The translations under genes and the position numbers were made by a program. Below, one piece after another: positions 28,654 through 38,216 of a stretch of DNA of 64,000 nucleotides (positions are counted from its first letter, which is position 1; every line of letters starts with the position of its first letter). The stretch lies in the sequence record OQ471969.1; one strand, given 5' to 3'. Source of the DNA: Acinetobacter phage vB_AbaM_ABMM1. The notes beneath the pieces are model-generated. The model had not been told where the DNA came from. It did not search any database and worked only from the letters and a program-made list of their open reading frames with translations.

Positions 28654-28941
28654 ATGTCTGATCATCAGGCAATTGAAGTCACAGTCACAACTTTTGCTAA
28701 TAAAACTACCTTCTGGAGTGGTTTAGCAAGCGCATTTGGTTCTTTAACTTCAATTAATTGGTTGAGCTATACAGGTGCAATAGTGGCTGTTGTTGGCCTA
28801 TTCATAAGTTTCATTTTTCAGTGGAGACGTGACCGCAGAGAACGTAAAGAAAGTGAATTACGTGAAAAAGAAAGCGAATTACGAATCAAAGCTTTAGAAG
28901 CTCTAGAGCAAGATAATTTACGAAAGAGGAAAGATGAATGA
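28654..28941 (+). CDS. Holin-like small membrane protein
   Basis: 95 aa; two hydrophobic segments then a highly charged RRDRRERKESELREKE tail; stop overlaps the endolysin start. Confidence 0.5.
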   Translation: MSDHQAIEVTVTTFANKTTFWSGLASAFGSLTSINWLSYTGAIVAVVGLFISFIFQWRRDRRERKESELREKESELRIKALEALEQDNLRKRKDE

Positions 28942-29708
28942 AGTTAATTGAAAACAATGCTTGGCAGTATCTATCTGTTAAGTTACCCGCCGTAGGTGCA
29001 TTCATCATGCTAATTTTATTGCCAGCACTACAATGGGGTGTTGATTATGAAGTTATTCCTGAAAAATATCATGCATTTGTTACTGGTACTTTGATGCTTG
29101 TTCTGTCATGGATTGGAAAGAAAATTTCTCAACCACGACTTAATGGCCCGCAATTAACAGGCCAGTTAGTAGGGATCAATTCTTTATTGAATATCCCAAC
29201 ACCAACAAAGCCTGATGAATTAGCTTGGATTGCAGAAGCAAAAAAGCATCTTGGCCTTCAAGAAATACCTGGTAAACAGCATAACCCAACTATTTTAAAA
29301 TGGCTCTCGGAGCTAAAGGCTTGGTGGGCTGACGATGAAACGGCTTGGTGTGGGACCTTCGTTGCACATTGCTTGAAATCAGCTGGAATTGCTTATCCTA
29401 AGCATTGGTACCGTGCATTGGATTATGTGAATTATGGTACAAAATTAGCTAAACCCGCTTACGGTTGTGTAGCTATTAAAACTCGAAAGGGTGGTGGGCA
29501 TGTTTGTTTTGTAGTTGGCCGTGACAAAAAGTCTGGAAAGTTAGTATGCCTTGGAGGCAATCAGTCTAATAAAGTTTGTTATGCACTTTATAATGACTCT
29601 GACTTTCAAGAATTCAGATGGTATGGTCGTACAACTCAACCAGCTAGCAAACGTTACAACTTACCGCAATTAAGTGGCGTGACAGCAATTAGAGTTACTG
29701 AAGCATAA
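28938..29708 (+). CDS. Endolysin / cell-wall peptidase, TIGR02594 (CHAP/NlpC-P60-like) family with N-terminal membrane segments
   Basis: 256 aa; WCGTFVAHCL...GGGHVCFVVG motifs; two N-terminal hydrophobic helices. Confidence 0.6.
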   Translation: MKLIENNAWQYLSVKLPAVGAFIMLILLPALQWGVDYEVIPEKYHAFVTGTLMLVLSWIGKKISQPRLNGPQLTGQLVGINSLLNIPTPTKPDELAWIAEAKKHLGLQEIPGKQHNPTILKWLSELKAWWADDETAWCGTFVAHCLKSAGIAYPKHWYRALDYVNYGTKLAKPAYGCVAIKTRKGGGHVCFVVGRDKKSGKLVCLGGNQSNKVCYALYNDSDFQEFRWYGRTTQPASKRYNLPQLSGVTAIRVTEA

Positions 29709-29803
29709 TGAAGTTACTATTACTAAGCTTTCTTTTATGTGGCTGTACGGCACATACAATCAATAGCAATGTAAACGTATCTATTTGCGTTAAAGCACTT
29801 TAA
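29708..29803 (+). CDS. 31-aa lipoprotein-like ORF overlapping the endolysin stop (candidate spanin-like peptide)
   Basis: MKLLLLSFLLCGCTAHTINSNVNVSICVKAL read from TAATG at 29706-29710; absent from the ORF track because it is under 60 aa. Confidence 0.25.
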   Translation: MKLLLLSFLLCGCTAHTINSNVNVSICVKAL

Positions 29804-29834
29804 AAAAAGCCCTGAATATTCAGGGCTTTTTAAT
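29804..29834. terminator. Bidirectional rho-independent terminator
   Basis: aaaaaagccctgaatattcagggcttttt. Confidence 0.75.
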
Positions 29835-30205
29835 TAATTATTTATTTCTGCATCGTAGACAGTTTGTAAAGAGGCTTTTAGAGCTTCATCATTTGTACTA
29901 TCAATGAATTTCCTCATTTTCTCTTTGTATTCAAGGTGCCCAGCTTTATACTTTACAAGTAAGTATGAAAATTCAGCTTGCTTATAATTTGGGTCCTTCT
30001 TATTTTCTGGTTTGTTCAGCTCTACTTTTAGAACCTCTGCCACATAGTCATAGCACCTATTAATCGAAGTGGCTTCTTTCCCTTGTAGTGAAAGTAACTG
30101 ACATCTAAATGTAAGTCGTGCTGTGTCATTTGGTTTCTGTGCAAGCTGCTTATCATTTAAAGCATGCGCTTTATCATAGTCATTCAAAATCATATATATA
30201 TTCAT
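29834..30205 (-). CDS. Hypothetical helical-repeat protein, possibly 5'-truncated
   Basis: 123 aa; its 5' end abuts the transposase remnant. Confidence 0.4.
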   Translation of the reverse strand: MNIYMILNDYDKAHALNDKQLAQKPNDTARLTFRCQLLSLQGKEATSINRCYDYVAEVLKVELNKPENKKDPNYKQAEFSYLLVKYKAGHLEYKEKMRKFIDSTNDEALKASLQTVYDAEINN

Positions 30206-30239
30206 TTGAAGAAGCTCACGTTTTCGCTTATCCGTGATT

Positions 30240-30454
30240 TTATCGACCTCCGTCTAGGAAGAGCCCTTTGGAAAAAGTGGTCTGGTTATCATCGGCGAAG
30301 TTTGGTCGAAACCAAGATGCATTGCATCAAATTATTAGGCGATAAACTCTACTCAAGGAATTTTGACAGCCAAGTGAATGAGATCCATGCACGTGTAGCC
30401 GTATTAAATAAATTTACAGAATTAGGCAGACCTCATACCCAAGTTGTAACCTAA
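30240..30454 (+). mobile_element. 3' remnant of an IS5-family (IS903-group-like) transposase gene
   Basis: Encoded ...WKKWSGYHRRSLVETKMHCIKLLGDKLYSRNFDSQVNEIHARVAVLNKFTELGRP matches the conserved transposase C-terminus W..GYHRRSL.ET.M...K.L.G..L.SR....Q..E..A....LN; no DDE N-terminal part is present. Confidence 0.6.
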
Positions 30455-30576
30455 ATTTTAGCAACTTATGAAAACTTTACCTTCAAAGGCTTTATGCAAC
30501 AAAGCCTATATTTGGGTAAAAGTAATAAAAAAAATCCTCAATTGAGGATTTTTAAAGCTTAGTATTTATAAAAATA

Positions 30577-31275
30577 CTATTTTACTTTTAAATTAATATA
30601 TTGAGACATTTCAGAAGTTACTATATCAAGTATTTCTTTATTAAATAGTTTTTCGGAATTCTTTAGATGATTTGTCATTGCATTTAATTCAAAAGCTGAT
30701 TTTGATTGTGATAGGTCTCTTAGCATTCCTCCAATACATCCTCTGTAATGTCGGATTCGATCTAAATCTAGATTAAGATCGGAGTCGAAGGTCTTTTCAT
30801 AAATCTTTAAATCGATCAGAAATTGTTTATAGAGCTCTTCGCATTCATTGCGAAATATACTTCTTCTTTCTTCACATTCGTTAGGTATTTTTTCTGCCTG
30901 ATCGATTAAATTTTTACTAATCTCTGGGAAGTTTTTTGAGTTCCATAAATGTTTTTGTGTCATTACATACTTATGATAATAATCAAGATAACTTACAAGT
31001 TTATATAAAGATGTTTGTGTATTTCTAGCAAGTTCAGATCTATTTAAGCCTGTTTGAGAATCTCTCCAATCATTAAATAAACTAGCTGCAATTATTGCTG
31101 CCCCAATAGTAGCTAAAGCTGAAAGTATGCTTACCATTAGGGACCAAGCTTCTTTTAATGGGTTATCAATTTGATTGTAGGAATATAACCAAAGAGTGAA
31201 AAAGAAAAATATGATACAAATGGAAGTAATCCAACCAATAGTATCTATTAATAAAACTTTAATTTTTTGATTCAT
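30577..31275 (-). CDS. Membrane protein (two N-terminal TM helices plus cytoplasmic domain), function unknown
   Basis: 232 aa; located directly downstream of umuDC. Confidence 0.5.
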   Translation of the reverse strand: MNQKIKVLLIDTIGWITSICIIFFFFTLWLYSYNQIDNPLKEAWSLMVSILSALATIGAAIIAASLFNDWRDSQTGLNRSELARNTQTSLYKLVSYLDYYHKYVMTQKHLWNSKNFPEISKNLIDQAEKIPNECEERRSIFRNECEELYKQFLIDLKIYEKTFDSDLNLDLDRIRHYRGCIGGMLRDLSQSKSAFELNAMTNHLKNSEKLFNKEILDIVTSEMSQYINLKVK

Positions 31276-31373
31276 AACTTTGAGTATTTCTGAGGTTAGC
31301 TTATTTTAGATAATCATAAATATTAATCTAGTCGAATAAATGGAAATTTCATTTAAGTTTTTGATAGAAAAAT

Positions 31374-31432
31374 GAGCAAAAAATTGCTCAAAATTGATAA
31401 AATCCTTCGAAAGTGAGCAAAAAATTGCTCAT
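31374..31432. promoter_or_regulatory. Two copies of the 17-bp palindrome GAGCAAAAAATTGCTCA, 42 bp apart
   Basis: Read directly at 31374-31390 and 31416-31432, between the umuC 3' end and the start of the 30577-31275 gene. Confidence 0.5.
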
Positions 31433-32727
31433 TTAGTTATTAAAGGTAGTTCATCCCATTTAAATGGATTCTTAGTTAATTTGTCTCGTGACATTGACCA
31501 GTTGCGACCTGGTACATAACACGAACTTATACCGAGTTTTTTCTTTCCGAATTTTGTGTGTACGTTCTCTAGTGTTTTCATCAATTGTTCTTTCTTTTCT
31601 ATAGCTTCGAAATCTGTGAGCAGGTCATAAGTGTGACCTGTTTTGGGTTCTAGCCCAGTTAGTATCACACCGCACTTCTTATACTTAATACCTTCTTTAA
31701 AAATGTGAGATAGCATTTTTGTTGCAGCTTTTACGAAATCTAACGCACAATCTGTTGGTTGTGAAAATGAGCCGGTTATTGACTTGTTATAAAACGGTAC
31801 ATTTTCATCAAAAGGACTTGATTGAACAAAAACAATAAGACAGCCGCATAATGATTCATCATCTCTCAATCTCTTACATGCTTCTTGTGCATGCATGGCT
31901 ATTGCTTCTTGTAGGTCAATAAGTTCGGTAACTTTCGCACCAAAAGAACATGACTTAATAATTTGCTTTTTAGATGGCGGAGTGTCTTCAATTTCTAGGC
32001 AAGAGATGCCTTGTAGCTCGTTAATAGTACGAGCCATAACAATAGAAAAGCGTTTTTGCATTTCACGTGGTTCAGCACAAGCTAGATCAAGCACTGTATT
32101 AATTCCCATGCTTTGCAACTTTTTTGCATGTTTACGGCCGACCCCCCAGACTTCACTCACATCTATTTGAGCAAAGTAATATTCTTTATTGCACGGATCC
32201 ATGTTTACGAGATCGCAAACGCCGTTAAAGCCTTGATTTTTCTTAGCTATATGATTGGATATCTTTGCCTCCGTCTTGCTGCGACCAATACCTACGCACA
32301 CGGGCAAACCAATCCATTTCCATATTTTTAGGCGCATATCCTGAGCGACCTTTTCTAGGTCAAAATTTTTTTCATAAGCTGTGAAGTCTACAAAGCACTC
32401 ATCAATCGAGTACGGTTCAACTTCTTCTGCAGTTACGTAAGAAGCAAGAATCGTATGAAAGCGCCGTGACATTTCTGCATACATTGCATAGTTGCTTGAA
32501 AGAACGATTACGTTATGTTGCTGAACAATGTCTTTAATTTGAAAAAGCGGCACACCCATTTTTATATTTAAGGATTTTGCCTCGTTGCTACGCGCCACGG
32601 CGCACCCATCATTATTGCTGAGCACAATAACAGGCTTATCATTCAAAGACGGGTCAAAGACTCTTTCACATGAGACGTACATGTTATTTACATCGATGAG
32701 AAAAAATACTTTATTCTCATGTTTCAT
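31429..32727 (-). CDS. umuC: Translesion DNA polymerase V catalytic subunit UmuC (Y-family)
   Basis: 432 aa; [17 protein letters not shown]...VLSNNDGC is an N-terminus typical of UmuC/DinB. Confidence 0.85.
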   Translation of the reverse strand: MKHENKVFFLIDVNNMYVSCERVFDPSLNDKPVIVLSNNDGCAVARSNEAKSLNIKMGVPLFQIKDIVQQHNVIVLSSNYAMYAEMSRRFHTILASYVTAEEVEPYSIDECFVDFTAYEKNFDLEKVAQDMRLKIWKWIGLPVCVGIGRSKTEAKISNHIAKKNQGFNGVCDLVNMDPCNKEYYFAQIDVSEVWGVGRKHAKKLQSMGINTVLDLACAEPREMQKRFSIVMARTINELQGISCLEIEDTPPSKKQIIKSCSFGAKVTELIDLQEAIAMHAQEACKRLRDDESLCGCLIVFVQSSPFDENVPFYNKSITGSFSQPTDCALDFVKAATKMLSHIFKEGIKYKKCGVILTGLEPKTGHTYDLLTDFEAIEKKEQLMKTLENVHTKFGKKKLGISSCYVPGRNWSMSRDKLTKNPFKWDELPLITK

Positions 32728-32730
32728 GAC

Positions 32731-33225
32731 TTAATGCCGCGTCATTTTAATGATATGAGTGACAACGCCCCAGATAATTAGTTCTTGGCCCTCTTGTAGA
32801 TAGATATTTTTATATTCAGGATTCTCAGCTTTAAGCCATTGGCCGCTTTCATCAATCATTAGTCGCTTTACAGTAAATTCATTATCGACTAGAGCCACAA
32901 CGATATCGCCGTGCTTTGCATCAAGACTTCGATCTACAATCAACTCGTCATCAATATCAATGCCTGCGTTAAGCATCGAAAGCGAAGCAACTTTTACAAT
33001 AAACGTTGAAGTTTCGTTCTTAATTAAGTGCTCATTCATATCGAGTACTTTGTCTATGTAATCTTGTGCAGGGCTAGGGAAACCAGCGGAAATCTTTTCT
33101 AAAGCATAAGGGATAAGCATGTGAGTTGACGGTACAACTTGCTTAAATGATAAAGCTTCAGATAAAACAATACTTTGTGTGATGTACGGTTTTATCTGGA
33201 TAATGGACGGTGCAATTTCGCTCAT
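32731..33225 (-). CDS. umuD: UmuD (S24 LexA-like self-cleaving peptidase, Pol V accessory)
   Basis: 164 aa; C-terminal S24 peptidase-like region; 4 nt upstream of umuC. Confidence 0.8.
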   Translation of the reverse strand: MSEIAPSIIQIKPYITQSIVLSEALSFKQVVPSTHMLIPYALEKISAGFPSPAQDYIDKVLDMNEHLIKNETSTFIVKVASLSMLNAGIDIDDELIVDRSLDAKHGDIVVALVDNEFTVKRLMIDESGQWLKAENPEYKNIYLQEGQELIIWGVVTHIIKMTRH

Positions 33226-33339
33226 ATGTTTCCCCTAGCTTGATTTTGTAACATATTCAAGATGATATTCTAGAGATGAGCTTAAATTCAAATTTAAAAA
33301 GCTGTGGATAAACAAATAGAAGTCAAAAATTGACGTTCC

Positions 33340-33984
33340 TTATTGTGCATTTGGTCGGAAATTCTTCAGTTCTGATCTAGGTTGAGCGGTGAATTCATCA
33401 GCAGGCATATCTAAGAAAAACTCTTTAGCTTCTTCATGTTTGCAATGCAGCCAATCATTTCTTAGTTCAGGCGGGATGACAATGATAGAGCGTTTTTCAT
33501 CTGTAGGAGCATGGAATTGCTTCATGAAAGGGTGATGGTCAGAATTAATTGTGAGCATGCTCATAGATCTGATTTCTTCGCCGTTCACTACAGCATATTC
33601 GTAAATGCCGGCGATAGTGAAAGGCATATCATCTTTGCGATAAATTCCCCACCATTCTGGCTTATTATTAATATACTTCGGTTCAAAAATCACATCTGCA
33701 GGTATTAAGCAGAATTGATTTTTCTTCCAAGCATTACGAAAGCTGGGCTTTTCGTGAACTGTCTCTGTTCTAGCATTATAAGTATTGTGTACCTTTTTAA
33801 GGTCTTTAACCCAAGGGGCTACGAGGCCAAAACGAGCTAAGCGCCATTCCATCTGCTCTTTTTTTGAGAATAAGAGAGGGGCTTCATAGTTGGGATAAAT
33901 GTGAGATTTATATTCAAATGTTGGCTCAAACAGATCCAGTAAGTGAATTCTATCTTTTGCAATTGGTTCGTAGTTTGAGCACAT
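33340..33984 (-). CDS. SOS-response-associated peptidase (SRAP/YedK, DUF159)
   Basis: Start set at MCSNYEP (Cys2 nucleophile after Met), which fits the SRAP family; the six-frame ORF extends 3 codons upstream. Confidence 0.65.
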   Translation of the reverse strand: MCSNYEPIAKDRIHLLDLFEPTFEYKSHIYPNYEAPLLFSKKEQMEWRLARFGLVAPWVKDLKKVHNTYNARTETVHEKPSFRNAWKKNQFCLIPADVIFEPKYINNKPEWWGIYRKDDMPFTIAGIYEYAVVNGEEIRSMSMLTINSDHHPFMKQFHAPTDEKRSIIVIPPELRNDWLHCKHEEAKEFFLDMPADEFTAQPRSELKNFRPNAQ

Positions 33985-34097
33985 AAAATGCACCTAAATT
34001 AGAAAAGCTAAATAAACTATTAAATAAATTCTTATTAAATGCTTTATAATTTTTGTAGCTTGAGAAAAAGAATTTTTATTAAAAGTTAGGGGGAAAT

Positions 34098-34850
34098 ATG
34101 ACACTTGATTCGTTCTCAAAATTTTTAGATGGAACGTTTAGACCTTTTGTTATTGTAATTTCGACAATAATTACAATTATTTTGTCTTTAAATAAATGGG
34201 GGAACTCAGTAATCGCGAGCTTTACTATTGATCATGATGCATTAACATTTCCACGAATTAATAATATTGTCTTGGCAAATAAAAAGGACAAACCCGTTCC
34301 AATTTTTGCTATATACGCTTTATTTGATGAAGAAATATTACTACTTTTAGAAGAATGTAATCCTCCGCTTGTATTAGAGCCTTTTGGATCTATAAGTTTA
34401 ACTACGAAGCCATTTAGTAATTTATCTTTAGGGCCTCATCTTTATAATCCTGAGTATGAAAACGCTAAAATTTTACTTGAATCTGTAGACTCTATAATAG
34501 TTTGTAAGAATTTAAAGCGAACTCTAAAAGGGAATAATGAATATCGGCAGATTATAAAGCATTTCAATAGGTTTAATGGGATTGTGCATTCTTTAAATTT
34601 CCCATATGTTCTTGTGTATCGCTTAGGTGATGAGGTTAAAACTACCTTTATTCATGATAGTGGCTATTTTGAAAATAATTGGGATTTTCCATATCAAATG
34701 ATTGGGCTGTTGCCAGGTCAACAATTAGATGAGAATTTAATTAATCAATTTCTTATTGATTATAATTATGCTTCTTTATTTAAGACCTATGTTATATATA
34801 AATTTAATGGTAATGAGTATGAGTTGGTGCTAAAAAGCGATGATTCATGA
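34098..34850 (+). CDS. Hypothetical protein with an N-terminal TM helix (AT-rich)
   Basis: 250-aa ORF. Confidence 0.45.
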   Translation: MTLDSFSKFLDGTFRPFVIVISTIITIILSLNKWGNSVIASFTIDHDALTFPRINNIVLANKKDKPVPIFAIYALFDEEILLLLEECNPPLVLEPFGSISLTTKPFSNLSLGPHLYNPEYENAKILLESVDSIIVCKNLKRTLKGNNEYRQIIKHFNRFNGIVHSLNFPYVLVYRLGDEVKTTFIHDSGYFENNWDFPYQMIGLLPGQQLDENLINQFLIDYNYASLFKTYVIYKFNGNEYELVLKSDDS

Positions 34851-35162
34851 AAATAAGCAACCAAATACGGTTGCTTATAATATAGCTAAAGAGTGTATGT
34901 AGATTAATTGCAGCTTACAAAAGAAATTTTAATCAGTGCAGCGAGTATTAATGAACTCAATAATAATAGCTAAGCATTCTCTAGATCCTTTAAGTTACTA
35001 TTACCTATGTGCTCTTCTTGAAAAAATTCATCAGCTATTTGCCATGACTTAATAACTTGAATTACATCTTCTTTAGTCCAACTCTAGCATGTTTGGCTAT
35101 TTCGTTTTCATCAAAATATTCGCTCATTTTTAATTACTTGTAATTCATTTTATTTTCAATGC

Positions 35163-36368
35163 TTAAATATTAGTCAGAGAGTTAAGTTTCTTCAACCACT
35201 TTGTATAAGCTTCAGTTTGCTGTGGTAAATACTCGTAATAATCATAAGTACCTTGTTCACCAGACATTACATGGCCAATCATTAGCTGTGCTACATCACG
35301 CGAAGTAAATGCGCTGAAATTAGTACGAGCTGTCCTTCTAAGGTCATGAAGGGACCAATGCTTCATGTAAAAGTCATGATGTCGTCTTAGGCGTTCCATT
35401 AAGTAGGCTGGCAATGAATTTGAAGAACCATGACTCATAGGTGTTTCTTCATTATCATTTGTTAGGAAGTACTCAGAAGTGTTGTATTCAAAAGCCTCGA
35501 CAATTAATGCCTCCATTTCAGGCAAAATAGGGCGAATGATTTCACGGCCAGTTTTCTTACCGGTCTTATTGTTTACAACAGGAACAATCCAGACTTTTCT
35601 ATTTAAATCAAAATCTGTCTTTTTAGCTTTTCTAAGCTCACCATTACGGCAGCCAAACATTAAACATAGTTTTAAGAAAATTTTGTTTTTAGGCAAAATA
35701 TTTGATTCTTCAATAGCCATCAAAACCATCTTAATTTCTTCATCAGAAAGAAATCTTGTTCTTCTGTTTCGCTCTATACCTAGATCTTCCTTGGCATAGA
35801 TGTCAGATAAAACATTTACCTCAAGTAATTGTCTTTTTTTGGCCCATTTTAGAACCTGTTTTGCATTCGTTAATACGCGATCTGCAATCGAAGGTACATC
35901 ATCTGCTAATTCTTCAAGTAAGGCTAACCATTGTTGTAGAGTAATGCGCTCAACTGGTAAATCACCGATTTCAGGTATTACATGCTGCTCAAAAGTATTC
36001 TTAATTTGCTGGGCAGATGTTTTCTTCTTTAGACAATAACTTTCATACCAATCATTAAAGACATCTTCAAATGTGCTTGCATCGATGTATTTTTGCTGCT
36101 GTACACGAACCTCAACTTTAGGATTCATTCCCTTATCTAATAGTGAACGCATTTCACTAGCTTTTACACGTGCATCTTTGAGAGAGATATGAGGGTAGGT
36201 ACCAAGGTCTAAACGTTCAGCTTTTCCAGCAAAACGGTACCGAAGCTGAAAAACAATTTTACCTTTAGGTGAGATTCTGACACTCATTGAATCCCGATCT
36301 GCTATTTCTTCAACCTTATCACGTGCCTTGCCGTTATTAGCTTTCAGCCACACTTCAGTTAAAGCCAT
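35163..36368 (-). CDS. int: Tyrosine-type site-specific integrase (P4-like)
   Basis: 401 aa; C-terminal HDLRRT...LMIGH...Y catalytic region; N-terminal arm-binding-like domain. Confidence 0.85.
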   Translation of the reverse strand: MALTEVWLKANNGKARDKVEEIADRDSMSVRISPKGKIVFQLRYRFAGKAERLDLGTYPHISLKDARVKASEMRSLLDKGMNPKVEVRVQQQKYIDASTFEDVFNDWYESYCLKKKTSAQQIKNTFEQHVIPEIGDLPVERITLQQWLALLEELADDVPSIADRVLTNAKQVLKWAKKRQLLEVNVLSDIYAKEDLGIERNRRTRFLSDEEIKMVLMAIEESNILPKNKIFLKLCLMFGCRNGELRKAKKTDFDLNRKVWIVPVVNNKTGKKTGREIIRPILPEMEALIVEAFEYNTSEYFLTNDNEETPMSHGSSNSLPAYLMERLRRHHDFYMKHWSLHDLRRTARTNFSAFTSRDVAQLMIGHVMSGEQGTYDYYEYLPQQTEAYTKWLKKLNSLTNI

Positions 36369-36414
36369 AGTCCACCTGTGTACATAATTTTAGTTGAGCG
36401 AGAGGTAAGTACAA

Positions 36415-36441
36415 ATATGTACACCAATGTGTACATAATTA
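36415..36441. repeat. Direct repeat ATATGTACACCAATGTGTACATAA, copy 1 (TGTACA-containing site)
   Basis: Recurs at 36649-36675 as ATATGTACACCATTATGTACATAA; a further TGTACATAA lies at 36378. Confidence 0.6.
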
Positions 36442-36648
36442 ATGAGACTTATTCTGTCCTAAAATGTCTTAGTATGTCTATATTAAAAACAAGGGAAATA
36501 TTGAGAAATAAGGCTTTTATTGTTGTTTTTGTCTTGGTGTGTCTTAGAGTGGCTAAATGGCATTAATTCTTTTGAACGATTAATGCCATATCGCCTAAAC
36601 CCTTATAATTAAACGGGAAAAGTATATTCTTGCTTCCTTGGTTTCATT

Positions 36649-36675
36649 ATATGTACACCATTATGTACATAAATG
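36649..36675. repeat. Direct repeat, copy 2
   Basis: See copy 1. Confidence 0.6.
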
Positions 36676-36798
36676 AAATTGCTGAGTTTATCTAGCAAGC
36701 CGTGATTCGGCGGACAGTATATAGTAACGTAAATATGCTAACAATCATTGATCTGGACTAATTTGATCAAGTTTTCTGATTGTTAGCTTCGGTACAAC

Positions 36799-37089
36799 TT
36801 ATATAGCTTTTTTTAGTTGCTTCTTTTGCTGGCATTCTTCCTCCCACTTCATTACATCAGTAGCGAGGTATCTTTTCATTGTTCCGCCCTCAGAACTTAA
36901 TGCTGGGGCTGGGAATGGAATCCCCCAAGGTGTGTTAATTTCCCACCGATTAAGTGTGCGTTTAGTAATATGAAACATCTCACACACATTGTTAGATGTC
37001 AGATATTTATCCACCTTACCCCTCCTTACTTTCCGCTTTAGGATTTGCCCACCAAAGTACAGGGCCATCTTCTGAATCAAATGCTGCAA
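36799..37089 (-). CDS. AlpA/Xis-like small HTH protein (excisionase or transcriptional activator); true start probably internal
   Basis: CEMFHITKRTLNRWEI matches the AlpA-family HTH; overlaps the upstream ORF by 74 nt. Confidence 0.45.
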   Translation of the reverse strand: MQHLIQKMALYFGGQILKRKVRRGKVDKYLTSNNVCEMFHITKRTLNRWEINTPWGIPFPAPALSSEGGTMKRYLATDVMKWEEECQQKKQLKKAI

Positions 37090-37738
37090 TTAAAAAGAAT
37101 CCTTGTTCTGGCGGTTCTGGCTTCCAGTTGGGCCAAACTACTGCATCTTCCGGTATATTTGGTATTTCATCGTAATCTAATAGTTGAGTTTCAATTTCAA
37201 CTCTAAGATTCATCTGAAGTTGTGCCCACTGTTCTCTTGTATAGGCTTCTGCTCCTTCTTCAATGGTGTCAAACAATTCAATATCTGGATGAAACCAATT
37301 GAAAAGGTTTTCAGGTGGTTCTATTGGCTGGATCTGATATTTAAAACCCGTCTCACTAGATCCATAAAATAGTTTTGCTTCATCAAAGCTTTTGGTTACA
37401 AGAGGGGCAGAACCTTTCTTGTAGCAAATTACTATTTCATCAAATTTAAAAACACGTTCAGCTGTCTTCAAATCAAAGCATTGGTACATAGGTTCACTAA
37501 ACCAACTCTCTACATAAAATAGATTTTTAATATGATCTTTGCGGGAACCGTGCCATTTCTGAACTTTAATAACATCATCGAAGATTTCTAAGAAAAAGTT
37601 GTTGCCTTCCTTTTCATGCATTTTTCTATAACGCTCAACAGCTCTCTCAGCTATCTCTTTAGAAGCTGCTGGTGTTTGTCTGAAAGGGCTGTAACCTTCA
37701 GGTCGCATTGCAACTGCCCATAAAGTTGATTCACTCAT
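37016..37738 (-). CDS. Hypothetical early protein
   Basis: 240 aa. Confidence 0.45.
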   Translation of the reverse strand: MSESTLWAVAMRPEGYSPFRQTPAASKEIAERAVERYRKMHEKEGNNFFLEIFDDVIKVQKWHGSRKDHIKNLFYVESWFSEPMYQCFDLKTAERVFKFDEIVICYKKGSAPLVTKSFDEAKLFYGSSETGFKYQIQPIEPPENLFNWFHPDIELFDTIEEGAEAYTREQWAQLQMNLRVEIETQLLDYDEIPNIPEDAVVWPNWKPEPPEQGFFLIAAFDSEDGPVLWWANPKAESKEG

Positions 37739-38214
37739 CCTTCAGCTCCCGATTCGCTATTACATTTATTAAAGTGAAGTCTTAAGATTTCCGTTCCTAC
37801 TTCATATTTTGTAAACTCATCCTTTTTGTGGTGTTCTTCGGTAACAACTTCATCAACTGTATACCCAGCTGATGCGATAACAACCCCATAGCAAAGTTCA
37901 TAAAATTCACCATCTTCAGCAACATGATGGCCATCTGCGACTTTATCTCTATACCAATCAAGACTATCCTCTGCTTCTTTTTGAGCTTCGTCTAAAGAGT
38001 CGTGATATTTAAAGCCATCGCCGTTAAAATCATGGCTAAGGTATTTTTGCGGTCGTACCGCCTGAGCTTTGGCTCTTGCTAACCATGCCGTTTCACTTGT
38101 ATAAAAATCTGTTTCAAATTCAGGACTAAGATCTCTATAAAACTTGTACGCAATTGGGTCATTATTCTTGTACCAATTTTCATGAGCCAATTTTTCTTCA
38201 TCTTCATTAAACAT
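37735..38214 (-). CDS. Hypothetical early protein
   Basis: 159 aa; overlapping stop/start. Confidence 0.45.
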   Translation of the reverse strand: MFNEDEEKLAHENWYKNNDPIAYKFYRDLSPEFETDFYTSETAWLARAKAQAVRPQKYLSHDFNGDGFKYHDSLDEAQKEAEDSLDWYRDKVADGHHVAEDGEFYELCYGVVIASAGYTVDEVVTEEHHKKDEFTKYEVGTEILRLHFNKCNSESGAEG

Positions 38215-38216
38215 CG

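Noticed and set aside
31895-32331. Plus-strand ORFs inside umuC
   Set aside because: They are antisense to a confidently identified Y-family polymerase gene.
34980-35145. Minus-strand reading MSEYFDENEIAKHARVGL..., which after a 1-nt shift would continue as ...KEDVIQVIKSWQIADEFFQEEHIGNSNLKDLENA
   Set aside because: It could be a frameshifted small gene at the prophage boundary, but it is short and has no recognisable family.
35479-36039. Three plus-strand ORFs (106, 62 and 79 aa) over the integrase gene
   Set aside because: They are antisense to a well-supported tyrosine recombinase and their translations are low-complexity.
36378-36566. 62-aa ORF between int and the AlpA-like gene
   Set aside because: It overlaps the TGTACA repeat array and is more likely regulatory DNA than coding.
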